Shown: positions 45,115 to 54,415 of the stretch, one piece after another
Layout: each line of letters starts with the position of its first letter
Numbering within the stretch: position 1 is the stretch's first letter
From: Candidatus Hydrogenedentota bacterium
GTDB taxonomy: Bacteria; Hydrogenedentota; Hydrogenedentia; Hydrogenedentales; SLHB01
Assembly: GCA_045863335.1 (NCBI GenBank)
Contig: BTVY01000015.1
Coordinates: forward strand, 53,511 to 117,510
Length of the DNA: 64,000 bases
Direction of reading: 5' to 3'
Made by a program: the position numbers and the translations under genes
Notes under the pieces: model-generated
What the model was told of the DNA's origin: nothing
Databases searched by the model: none
What the model saw: the letters and a program-made list of their open reading frames with translations, nothing else

Positions 45115-47432
45115 TTCAATTCCATTTCGACGGTCGTTGGTTCCGACGATGGCGGCACCGGGATGATCACTTCCTGTTCTGCGTCTTGTCCACGAACTAT
45201 CGCGATCGCAGGCACACGCGGAATAACAGTGAATTGATCGTCGACCCGGAAACCGCCGTTCTCAGCTTCTGCAATCGTTCCCGCTCCGGCGAGGATAAAG
45301 AGCGGCGCCTCGCGCGGACCGCTGAAGGTGAACTTCCGTATCAGCGTCTCGTCGTCCGCCGGAACAACGACCTCCTCGATCCGAATCGGGTCGCTCCCGC
45401 CCGGTGTAAATGAATACAGAAAAACTGGCGCACCCGCTTCGTTCAGTCGGTACCCCTCAAACGTGTATCCGGCGGCGACACCCGTCTCCTCGGGCCAGGG
45501 CGCAGTATCGACTTCCAACGCGGCTACCGGCATAGGCTTGGCGAAGCGATGGCGCTCTTGACTCAAAGGTTCGATGAACGGCGAGAATCGATCAGCCCAA
45601 GCCGATTCGGCGTCGATAAACCGCCCTCGCCACGCCAGGGCATAGCGCACGTTCAGCGCGTCGAAGGCAAGATGAATGCCTTCGGGGAAGCCCACCGCGA
45701 TAGCGCGCGGACCAACGCCTTTCATAAAGGTGCGCAGCAGAATCGGCTTGTCCGTAGGAACCAGTTCAAAGTTATCGTCGCGTTCGAGCCCTTCGGGGAG
45801 TCGCGTCTGCTCGAGTTCGCGCAGGTAGATCCACAAGGCCTCGATCTGCTGGTTCGCGTTGCCTTTGAAGAGATCGGGGAACGTGCTCGTGCCTTCCGGA
45901 AAAAAGGCCGGCATGCGCGTGCCGGGACGAAACGCCGCGGGATCGAGCAGGTAGGCTTTGAACCATTCGGGGCGCAAGCGGCGCGGCGAGGTTTCCAGAT
46001 CGACGGCCGGGATACCGAGCGACTTGCGTCCGCGCAGGTTGTGGCAACTGATGCAACTGAGCCCATCCGTGCCCATGAGCTGGCGGCCATAGTGATTGCG
46101 GTGATGATGAAGCAGCCCGGTCACGTCCATCTCCGGCATGGCTTCCGTGGCGTCCGATTCCGCGAAACGCGTCGCGAGATCGCCGACCTGTCCTTCGCCG
46201 AAGAGAGGCATGCGCGTCGCCATGTAGGGGCGCACAGTCTCCTCGCCGAACAGCGTCGCATGGAAACCCTCAGCCGTCAGCTTCGCGCCGACGCCGGTCA
46301 ACGGAGGCGGAATGCGGCCTTCGTCACCGAGGTCGGCGTGGACCCGCGCGGTGAAGTACGGACGGCGTCCCGCCTCGATGCCGCCGACGCCATCCCGCTC
46401 GTGGCAGGCGTAGCAATTCAACGCGGCGAGCCGTTCAGTTAAGACATCGGCATTCGTGGTCACGCCTTCCGCAAGCGCCAGAATGATGGCCTCTCGTTGG
46501 CGCGCATCGAGGTCATACCACGGCGCGGTACCCGCCGGAGCATCCGCGAGGCAACCGGCGTTTGCAGTTGTGCCGTTCAATGCCGGTGCCGCGAAGTCCG
46601 GAAACGCTTCATCTTCCGGCGCATGGCACACCGCGCAGCCGAGTTTTCCGAACAGATCTGCGCCTTGCTCCGCCTTGGCAGGTTCGACCTCAAACGAAGT
46701 GATCCCGCTTGGATCGCGGCCGGACTGAAGAAGGTATGACGCGATTGCATGCGCTTCGTCATCGGTTAGTTTGAAGTTCGGCATGCGACCCGAGGGACGA
46801 ATGGTCAGCGGATCACGCAAGAACTCCACCAGCGATGCCACACTGGTCTTCGTCGAAAGTTCCGGCATGGGAACGCTGGGGATTGCGGGCTTCACAATTT
46901 CGACGGTCTCCTCGGCGAAGGGATCGAGATCATCGCCGATCGATCCGGGCGGACGCCGCGGTTCGTGGCAGGCAACGCAGCCTACCGTATGAAAGAGTTC
47001 TTCGCCCGTCGCCACGCTCTCCGGTGCTGCGCTGTTCGCATCGCGCGCGATCGGACCGCCCCTGCTTACGAGGAAATGGACCAGCGCGTCAACGGCGTCT
47101 GCGCGCGTGGCATCATCCATTCCTGCGAACAGATCCGGCATGGTCGTGCCCGCTTTAGTCGTATGCGGAGCGGTGAGAAATGCGCGGAGATACTGCGGCG
47201 TAATGCGCGCGCCGGCGTTGTCGAGATTGGGCGCTTGCTTCAGCTCAAGCGAGGTGGCCGACGGGATCCCGTGGCACGACGCGCAACCCAACTCGCCGAT
47301 CAATACGCGTCCCTGCCTAGCCGTCGCTTTCTTGTCGACTTCGTAGAGCCGCTCGAAACCTGCGACGACCGGCGATTGCGCAATCGCGCCGCAGGCCAAC
47401 GACCACGCAACCATGTAGACGAAGCGAATCAC
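45108..47432 (-). CDS. Pentaheme c-type cytochrome
   Basis: CASCH, CVACH, CAVCH, CYACH and CISCH, with several P..MP distal-Met motifs; start uncertain (47414-47432). Confidence 0.85.
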   Translation of the reverse strand: MIRFVYMVAWSLACGAIAQSPVVAGFERLYEVDKKATARQGRVLIGELGCASCHGIPSATSLELKQAPNLDNAGARITPQYLRAFLTAPHTTKAGTTMPDLFAGMDDATRADAVDALVHFLVSRGGPIARDANSAAPESVATGEELFHTVGCVACHEPRRPPGSIGDDLDPFAEETVEIVKPAIPSVPMPELSTKTSVASLVEFLRDPLTIRPSGRMPNFKLTDDEAHAIASYLLQSGRDPSGITSFEVEPAKAEQGADLFGKLGCAVCHAPEDEAFPDFAAPALNGTTANAGCLADAPAGTAPWYDLDARQREAIILALAEGVTTNADVLTERLAALNCYACHERDGVGGIEAGRRPYFTARVHADLGDEGRIPPPLTGVGAKLTAEGFHATLFGEETVRPYMATRMPLFGEGQVGDLATRFAESDATEAMPEMDVTGLLHHHRNHYGRQLMGTDGLSCISCHNLRGRKSLGIPAVDLETSPRRLRPEWFKAYLLDPAAFRPGTRMPAFFPEGTSTFPDLFKGNANQQIEALWIYLRELEQTRLPEGLERDDNFELVPTDKPILLRTFMKGVGPRAIAVGFPEGIHLAFDALNVRYALAWRGRFIDAESAWADRFSPFIEPLSQERHRFAKPMPVAALEVDTAPWPEETGVAAGYTFEGYRLNEAGAPVFLYSFTPGGSDPIRIEEVVVPADDETLIRKFTFSGPREAPLFILAGAGTIAEAENGGFRVDDQFTVIPRVPAIAIVRGQDAEQEVIIPVPPSSEPTTVEMELKW

Positions 47433-47445
47433 GGGACGCGCAACG

Positions 47446-48021
47446 CTATGAACTCGCCGGCGCCGCCGCGCGCGCTTCTTCAAGCATCTTGATCCACGGG
47501 CCAACGTAACGGCCGTTGTCATGGAAGGTGCGGCCGCTTACGAGGTTCCCGTCGATGACGCAGGGTTCGTTCACATAGATGCCGCCGCAGACCTCCAGAT
47601 CGAACTGGCACTTCGCGACGGTCGCCATGCGCCGCCCCTTCACGCAACCGGCGCGCGCGGGGATTTCGACGCCATGACACACGCTCGCGATGGGCTTGTT
47701 CGCTTCGAAGAAATGGCGCGTAATGCGGATGAGGTCGGGGTGATCGCGGATATACTCCGGCGCGCGCCCTCCGGAAAACATGATGCCCGCGTACTCCGTA
47801 GGGTCGATGTCGGCGAAGGCGATATCCGCTTCGAGGGTGTACCCTTCCCATTCCTTCGTGATCGTCCATCCGGGCTTCACTTCGTGCAGCACCATCTGGT
47901 AACGCCGTTTCTCCGGCGCGGCGACGACCGGCGTGAAACCCGCCTCCTGCAAGCGGTAGTAGGGGTACATCGTGTCAAGCGTCTCGGCCGCGTCGCCGAT
48001 GATAATCAATACCTTGTCCAT
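47446..48021 (-). CDS. DJ-1/PfpI family protein
   Basis: GGRAPEY, SVCHG nucleophile elbow, DGNLVSG. Confidence 0.9.
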   Translation of the reverse strand: MDKVLIIIGDAAETLDTMYPYYRLQEAGFTPVVAAPEKRRYQMVLHEVKPGWTITKEWEGYTLEADIAFADIDPTEYAGIMFSGGRAPEYIRDHPDLIRITRHFFEANKPIASVCHGVEIPARAGCVKGRRMATVAKCQFDLEVCGGIYVNEPCVIDGNLVSGRTFHDNGRYVGPWIKMLEEARAAAPASS

Positions 48022-48037
48022 GATGGGTTCCTCTGCA

Positions 48038-48979
48038 TTACGTCGAATCGTTTCCGGGCAACAGACTTTCCAAATATTCGCGCGACCGGTTCAAGACCGT
48101 GGTGACCTCGGGCGCGGTGGGCAGCACGGGGATCCCGCGTGGTACGGGGTGCATGAAGATGGACGTGCGACCCGCGTAGTTTATGGCGCGCAAGGCTTCC
48201 ACGACGGGCCCAAAATCGAAGGAGCCGGAGCCGGGCAGTTGTTTCATCTCCTGCACCTTCGGCAGCTTGTCGCGCGATCCCATGCCGTGTTCCCACGCGT
48301 AGAAATGCACGAGACGCGGTCCCAGGTCGGTAATGAGCCTGGCCTGCAGTTCAGGATCCTGCGGCAAATGATACGGCGCGTAGGCAATCCCCAGGCGCTC
48401 CGATGGCGACATCTCCGCGAAATAGCGCAGCGAATCCGGCGATTCGAGCAGGGCGTTCGCGTGGTTCTCGATGGCGATGGTTACGCCCAGTTCTTCGGCC
48501 ACGGCGACGTGGGGCTTCATGGCCTCCACGAATTTCGCCATGCGCTTGCGCAGGGTATCGCCTTCTTGCTTACCGGAGCCCGCGACGATCATGTCGCCGC
48601 CCAGTTGCTTCACGACGGCCATCTCGTCCTGGAGCCGGTACGGCCCGAGGTCGTAGCGCGTGATGATCCCGAGGCGAACGTCGTGGGCCTGCAACATCTC
48701 GAGAAAGGCGTCGTGCCCCATCTCCTCGATCTGCTCGCGCTGGTTGCCGTGAACCTTCGGCCAGATATCGATTTCGCTCGCGCCGGACTTGTGGACCTCC
48801 GGCAGGATTTCCGCGAGCGGCAGTTCGCCGTAAAGCGATGACGCGAGAATGTAGCGGAACCGGAACGGCTCGGTCTGCGCCTGCGCGGTGCGCAGCCCCG
48901 CCGCCGCCGCAGCGCAGACCGCAGCAGCCTGCAGAAAGGATCGGCGCGAGAACGCGGTCGGTTGCGTTGAGGACATCAT
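48038..48979 (-). CDS. Tat-exported sugar-phosphate isomerase/epimerase (TIM barrel)
   Basis: SRRSFL Tat motif; AIENH; PG.G..DF...L..I.Y.G. Confidence 0.82.
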   Translation of the reverse strand: MMSSTQPTAFSRRSFLQAAAVCAAAAAGLRTAQAQTEPFRFRYILASSLYGELPLAEILPEVHKSGASEIDIWPKVHGNQREQIEEMGHDAFLEMLQAHDVRLGIITRYDLGPYRLQDEMAVVKQLGGDMIVAGSGKQEGDTLRKRMAKFVEAMKPHVAVAEELGVTIAIENHANALLESPDSLRYFAEMSPSERLGIAYAPYHLPQDPELQARLITDLGPRLVHFYAWEHGMGSRDKLPKVQEMKQLPGSGSFDFGPVVEALRAINYAGRTSIFMHPVPRGIPVLPTAPEVTTVLNRSREYLESLLPGNDST

Positions 48980-49262
48980 GGACCCCTTGGGGTTCGTTGC
49001 AGCTTGAGTGGCCCGAATCTACAGCCTCAGTCGCCGAAGGTCAAATGCCCGGCTCAACGTGACTCGGACCGAAGTTTGATGACCAGCCGCAAAGGCTTAC
49101 CCGGTGCAAGTTCGATGGGCAGTCCTTCGCTGAGCATTTTTCCCAAAAAAGATGTCCACCATTACGAAGAACCGAAGGCCGTCGGGCAAAACGCGAATCG
49201 CACTGGGCACGGTGTACGGCGTATACTAGGTGCAGGCTTGGCAAGGCCGGAGGCACTTAAAC

Positions 49263-50228
49263 ATGGGCGCTATTCTGGACACGCAATCGGTAGCTTCCTT
49301 CCATAAACGCGGCTACATCGTCATCGAGTCCGTGTTCAGCGATGCGGATCTGCAACCCGCTATCGACGAACTCACCGGCGAGGTCAATCGCCGCGCTCGC
49401 GCGCTCGTCGATCAGGGCAGGCTGAGCCAAACCTTCGAGGAAGCCGGATTCGAGCGGCAGCTCGCGCTGATTAGCCAGGAGACCGACGAACTCGCGGTCT
49501 CCATCTGGAACGGCGTCCTCAGCGGTCCCGGCATCTTCCACATTCTCAGCCATCCCGCCTTGCTTGATATCGCAGAGGTCTTCTACGGTCCCGAAATCAT
49601 CGCGAGCAGCGTCTACCGCTTGCGACCCAAGATCCCGAACTACGGATACGGCGCCGTGCCCTGGCACCAGGATTCCGGCTATCTCGAACCCTATTGCGAC
49701 GACGCGCTGGTCGTCACGGTGTGGTTGCCGCTGGTGGACGCGGACGAATCGAACGGTTGCCTTTGGGTCATCCCCGGTTCGCATCGCTCGCCGGTGGCGA
49801 AGCATCGGCTCCACGCAAGCGGCAAGTACTTGGAGATCGCGAAGGAGGACTTGCCGGCGGGCGATCCGGTTGTGTGCCCGGTGCCGAAAGGCGGCGTGCT
49901 CTTGATGACCAACCGCACGGTTCACGGCAGCTACGAAAACACCTCGGACATCGTGCGCTGGAGCATGGACCTCCGCTACCAGAGCGCGGCCTTGCCTACG
50001 AACGCGGCGATAACCCGGTTGGATAACGAAGCGGTCGCCTCTGTCTCGACGGGAGTGCCCGCAGCGTGTTACCCGCCCGAGGCCGACTTTCTCGTGCGCA
50101 GCGCGCAACGGCCCGGCGAGGTCATCCGCACGCCGGAAGCCTTCGACGCGCTCCGCCGCAATCACACCCCGTCCGAAGTCACCAATCGCTGGGGCGTCAA
50201 CTGGGCCGCACCGAAGATCGAGGCGTAA
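49263..50228 (+). CDS. Phytanoyl-CoA dioxygenase (PhyH) family 2OG-Fe(II) oxygenase
   Basis: PWHQD, W.PL.DA...NGCL..IPGSH, H.S..N.S...R. Confidence 0.88.
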   Translation: MGAILDTQSVASFHKRGYIVIESVFSDADLQPAIDELTGEVNRRARALVDQGRLSQTFEEAGFERQLALISQETDELAVSIWNGVLSGPGIFHILSHPALLDIAEVFYGPEIIASSVYRLRPKIPNYGYGAVPWHQDSGYLEPYCDDALVVTVWLPLVDADESNGCLWVIPGSHRSPVAKHRLHASGKYLEIAKEDLPAGDPVVCPVPKGGVLLMTNRTVHGSYENTSDIVRWSMDLRYQSAALPTNAAITRLDNEAVASVSTGVPAACYPPEADFLVRSAQRPGEVIRTPEAFDALRRNHTPSEVTNRWGVNWAAPKIEA

Positions 50229-50271
50229 GGCAACAATCGTCGAACAGCCGAAGTTACCTGCTCAACCGCAT

Positions 50272-50802
50272 AGAACATCCCCCTTGCCCCCTTCAAAGGG
50301 GGAATGTTCGCAACGCGTTGCGTTGCGAGGCCAATCAATCAAAGTCGGAGCGCGAGACGTCACAAATCACGATAGCTGCGGCGTACGAACTCCCCCTTCG
50401 AAGGGGTGCAGTTCTTGCAGTACCGCTCGAAATGCACTCTGCGTCATGGGGTTTTCCGACCCCTCTATTGGTGGGGCGTGGATCGGACTTTCAGCCCTTC
50501 ATATTCAGGGATCCCCGTTTTCATGGGGCGTTGCCCCATGCTGGTATAGAGCGCGCCGTTGGCGCAAACGTCCTTTCGCTCATGGCAGAATGAAACCATC
50601 CGGAGGGCCAACGGCCCGGTCAATACCAGCCTGGGCCGCAGGCCCAGGAAAGGGAACGTTTTTTATCCACAGGGCTGTAAGCCCGACCCATTATGCCTAC
50701 AGGAATGGGCCAAATCGTTCCAACTCTATTGCAGTTTTCGGAGTGCATGACCGGTATTGTCAGAACTGCACCCCTTCGAAGGGGGATCAAGGGGGATGTT
50801 CT
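50272..50802. mobile_element. Nested repeat: CCCCCTT-N-AAGGGGG element interrupted by a 372-bp MITE (50403-50774) that carries two inverted triple-hairpin REP-like units
   Basis: Outer arms match the uninterrupted copy at 55803-55954; insert has about 35-bp imperfect TIRs GGGGTGCAGTTCT... and is flanked by TTCGAA on both sides. Confidence 0.8.
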
Positions 50803-50857
50803 TTGTCTTCTGCGACAGATTCTGCTCTTTGTGTGTGCCGACAGTGTCCAGGCGGCA

Positions 50858-52105
50858 CTACGCCAGGCCATTGTATTCCGCGACCGCTTCGTACATGGCG
50901 ACGACGTTCTGCGGCGGCACGTCTGGGAGGATGTTATGCACCGTGTTAAAGACGAACCCGCCCCCCGGCGACAGGATCTTCAGCCGCTCGATGACGTGCC
51001 GCTTCACCGCTTCCGGCGATTCGCGATTGAGGACATGGCGCGTGTCGCAACCCCCGCCCCAAAGACAGATGTCTCCGCCGAATTCGCGTTTAATGCGTTC
51101 CGGTTCCATGTTCCGGCAGGTCGTTTGGACGGGATTGATCACGTCGAATCCCGCGTCGATAAGGTCGGGCAACAGGTCGTGGATGGACCCGCAGGAATGT
51201 AGGAACGTCCGCATTTCGCTGTGGCTGTGCACGTATTCGCAAAGCACGCGGTGTCGCGGCAAGAACAGGGTCCGGTACGTTTCCGGCGCCATGAACGGCC
51301 CGTTGTCCATGCCGAGGTCATCGCCGAACCGCAGCACGTCGGCCACGTCGCCCACCGCATTGCATACCTTCTCAAGCGTTTGGAGATGGACTTCCATCAG
51401 CGCGTCCAGCAGCGCTTCCACGCGTTGCGGCTCGGCGATCAGATCCATGAGGAAATTATCGATGCGCCGTAAGAAGGTGCCCCACTCGAAAAGGTTGCAG
51501 CCGCAGACAATCATGAGCGCGCGGTCCGACGAAGCACGCAGCTTGAGCGCGCGCGCGCGCAGGTCTTTCCAGAAGACTGGCTTCCCGGCACTGTCCCAGG
51601 GGCTGTGCGCAAACGCCGCCCAATGCACCCGGGCCATGTCCTTCGGCAGGTCGCGAAAGTGGTCGGGATAGCCGTCAAGGTAAGGAAAACAAACCTGATC
51701 GAAGAACGTTCCATCAGCCGGCATCCTGGCCAGCACCTCGCCGGACTCGCTTAGCGCCGACCAGGACCCATCCCCCTCCTGTCGCGGCGCAAACCAGCGG
51801 GGATACTGCGCCGTACTGCCATCGTTCAGCGTGGTCTCATACCAGTCTTCGGCGCGATCGTTGAAGGCACGGCCGATGTCAATCACGTCGACACCGAACC
51901 GGTCCAGCGCCCAATCTTCGGGTTGCGCGAGTTGTTGCACCACGTCATACACGCGCGTCGCACCTTCGCGAACGCCGAGATGGACTTTCAAGTTGCTGTA
52001 GGCGATGGCCGAAATGCCCGAACTGGGCGTGGAACCCATGTCGACCGGCACACGGTCCGGTTCCTGATGGGCGATCGCGGCCAACACCCGCTCACGAGAC
52101 GTCAT
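50858..52105 (-). CDS. Uroporphyrinogen decarboxylase / MtaA-CmuA family protein
   Basis: MTSRERV...H.EPDRVP.D, GDDLG, FLHSCG, NPVQ, GGFVF..HNI..DVP. Confidence 0.88.
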   Translation of the reverse strand: MTSRERVLAAIAHQEPDRVPVDMGSTPSSGISAIAYSNLKVHLGVREGATRVYDVVQQLAQPEDWALDRFGVDVIDIGRAFNDRAEDWYETTLNDGSTAQYPRWFAPRQEGDGSWSALSESGEVLARMPADGTFFDQVCFPYLDGYPDHFRDLPKDMARVHWAAFAHSPWDSAGKPVFWKDLRARALKLRASSDRALMIVCGCNLFEWGTFLRRIDNFLMDLIAEPQRVEALLDALMEVHLQTLEKVCNAVGDVADVLRFGDDLGMDNGPFMAPETYRTLFLPRHRVLCEYVHSHSEMRTFLHSCGSIHDLLPDLIDAGFDVINPVQTTCRNMEPERIKREFGGDICLWGGGCDTRHVLNRESPEAVKRHVIERLKILSPGGGFVFNTVHNILPDVPPQNVVAMYEAVAEYNGLA

Positions 52106-52527
52106 GGACAATGAAATACCTCCTCCATCGATGCCCACCATTCGCCTTCTTTCCGATGCTTCACCGCGAACTGGCAGGGGTCGGTCTCTTTCCACCACTT
52201 CTGCGTCATGGGGTCGGCCGCCATCTTCGCCATGTCCGCGTCGAAATCCTCGCCTACGTACTCGAAGTAACTGAAGAGGTAGTATTTGTCGTCATCGAGT
52301 TGGTGAAGGTAGATCGAGTAGTTGCGGATGTTGCACTCCTTAATCTTCTTCAAGACTTCCGGCCAGGCATTCGCGTGGAGTTTCTTGTACTCCTCGATCT
52401 TGTCGGCGTTCAGTCCGATCACGCTGCCATACCGCTGCACTTCGGGCGCCGCATCGGCCTTGGGGAAGTAGTAGATCGCGATACCGGCCCCGAGCAAAAC
52501 CAGGATTGGAAGGAGTGGCTTGCGCAT
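52102..52527 (-). CDS. rhaM: L-rhamnose mutarotase with N-terminal signal/TM anchor
   Basis: EYKKLHA..WPEV...I...NI.NYSIY, LFSYFEY, P..Q.WW, MEEVFH. Confidence 0.85.
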   Translation of the reverse strand: MRKPLLPILVLLGAGIAIYYFPKADAAPEVQRYGSVIGLNADKIEEYKKLHANAWPEVLKKIKECNIRNYSIYLHQLDDDKYYLFSYFEYVGEDFDADMAKMAADPMTQKWWKETDPCQFAVKHRKEGEWWASMEEVFHCP

Positions 52528-52557
52528 GGATTCTAACCTCCTTGGTGCGGAATAGGG

Positions 52558-54168
52558 TTAGCGAAACACCGCGTATAGCATGACCATGATGATGCACAGT
52601 GCGAAGGCAACCAGATGGTAACTCGCGAATCCCCGGCCGTCCTCGCGGCGAAACGGCGCTAACGGGCTTGACCATGTCAATGCCGCCCGCTGCTCGGACG
52701 GCGCGTCCGGCGCGAGTATGGAAACGGGGATCATGACTGCGCTGCACAGGACCGCGAGATAGAACCCCGCCATCATGAACGGTACGCTCCAACCCGTACT
52801 TTCTTTGAACCAATCGAGGAGAAAGACGGCGAGTCCAAGCGCGGAACCGGCCATCAGGGTGACAATCGCGCCGCGCGACGATGCACCCCGCCAAAACACA
52901 CCCAACACAAAGACCACTGTGATGGGTGGCGCGATGTAACAAATCGCCGCATTAATGCCCTGAAAGACCGAGGGGTACCGCCCCAGCCATGGTGACCACG
53001 CCACGGCCACAACCAATCCAACAAATGTCGCGATGCGCCCCACGGTCACGAGCGTGCGGTCGCCGGCGTCGGGAACGAATCGGCGATAGATGTCGTGCGA
53101 GAACAGCGTCGCCGCCGAGTTGAGCGCGCCGGATACGGTGCTCATGAGGGCGGCGAGCAGCGCGGCCGCAACCAGGCCACGCAGTCCCGCCGGCAACAAG
53201 TTGCCGATCATGAATGCGTACACCTGCTCCGACTTCTCCAGGGTGTTTGGCAATTCGCCTTGTTCGATCAAGGCCGCGCAAATCAGCCCCGGAAACACGA
53301 AGATGAAAACGGGCAGGATCTTGATGAAACCCGCAAACAAGGGACCCAGGCGCGCGTGAGTCTCGTCTTTCGCGCCGAGCACGCGCTGAACAATGGTCTG
53401 ATCGGTGCACCAGTACCAGATCCCAATCACGGGATATCCGAGCAACACGGAATACCACGGCAATCCGGAGGCGTCGCCAGCGGGCCGAAGCATGGTCAGT
53501 TGATGGGGTTCGACGGTCGCCGTAATGCCGCTCCATCCACCCGCGCGGACATAGGCAATACCGGTCAGCATGAACGCGCCGAGTACGAGAATGACGGTCT
53601 GCACGGATTCCGTTACCACGACCGCCGTCAGGCCGCCGATAATCGTGTACGCGCCGGTGACCGCGGCGACCAGCAGGATACTCGTCATCTTGTCTATGCC
53701 GAAGAGTCCTTCGAGCACGACCGCGCCCGCGTAGAACGTGAAGCCGATGTGGATGAAGATGGCGGAAACGATGGATAGCAGCGTCAGCCAGTCCCGGCTC
53801 GCGCGGCTGTAGCGCCGTTCGAGGAACTCCGGCAACGTGGAGACGCGGGTGCGCACATAGAACGGCGCGAAGAATAACGCGAGGACGACCAGCGTGAACG
53901 CGGCCATCCATTCAAAGTTCCCGTAGGCGAGCCCGTTGACGTACCCTTCCTGGGCTAGGCTGACGAGATGCACCGTCGAAATGTTCGTGGCGAACAGGGC
54001 AAGTCCGATGACCGGCCAGCGAAGACTGCGTCCCGCGAGGAAGTATCCGGAATCCCGGTCGTCGCCACGGCGCCTGAGCCCCGCCCAAATGCCCAGCACG
54101 ACAATCCCGACGAGGTAAAGCAAAAGGACGACGAGGTCCGTCGCGCCCATGCGACCGGTAGGTTCCAT
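52558..54168 (-). CDS. Sodium:solute (glucose-type SGLT-like) symporter
   Basis: YFLAGRSL.W..IG..LFA.NIS, WYWCTDQ.IVQR.L, AALMS..S..LNS. Confidence 0.92.
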   Translation of the reverse strand: MEPTGRMGATDLVVLLLYLVGIVVLGIWAGLRRRGDDRDSGYFLAGRSLRWPVIGLALFATNISTVHLVSLAQEGYVNGLAYGNFEWMAAFTLVVLALFFAPFYVRTRVSTLPEFLERRYSRASRDWLTLLSIVSAIFIHIGFTFYAGAVVLEGLFGIDKMTSILLVAAVTGAYTIIGGLTAVVVTESVQTVILVLGAFMLTGIAYVRAGGWSGITATVEPHQLTMLRPAGDASGLPWYSVLLGYPVIGIWYWCTDQTIVQRVLGAKDETHARLGPLFAGFIKILPVFIFVFPGLICAALIEQGELPNTLEKSEQVYAFMIGNLLPAGLRGLVAAALLAALMSTVSGALNSAATLFSHDIYRRFVPDAGDRTLVTVGRIATFVGLVVAVAWSPWLGRYPSVFQGINAAICYIAPPITVVFVLGVFWRGASSRGAIVTLMAGSALGLAVFLLDWFKESTGWSVPFMMAGFYLAVLCSAVMIPVSILAPDAPSEQRAALTWSSPLAPFRREDGRGFASYHLVAFALCIIMVMLYAVFR

Positions 54169-54415
54169 CACGCCCCCCTTTTTCAGCCGCCCTCGAGTTG
54201 CTCATGCGCTACAACGCCAGGTTGTCAATATACACCTTTTCACCGGTCTCGAAACCACTGCCAATCGAATTGGCATCGGCCTGAAGCGGGCACCCGGCCA
54301 CTCCCGCTTGTGCGTATCCCCTGAGCGCATTAGACTTGATTTCACCAACCGCGCCGATTCACTGTAAACCCACTGCCACGCGGCCGCGCGGCTCCGACCA
54401 TGAGGGAGAATGATA

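Noticed and set aside
50284-50949. ORFs across the nested repeat region
   Set aside because: Translations of palindromic repeats; no transposase motifs
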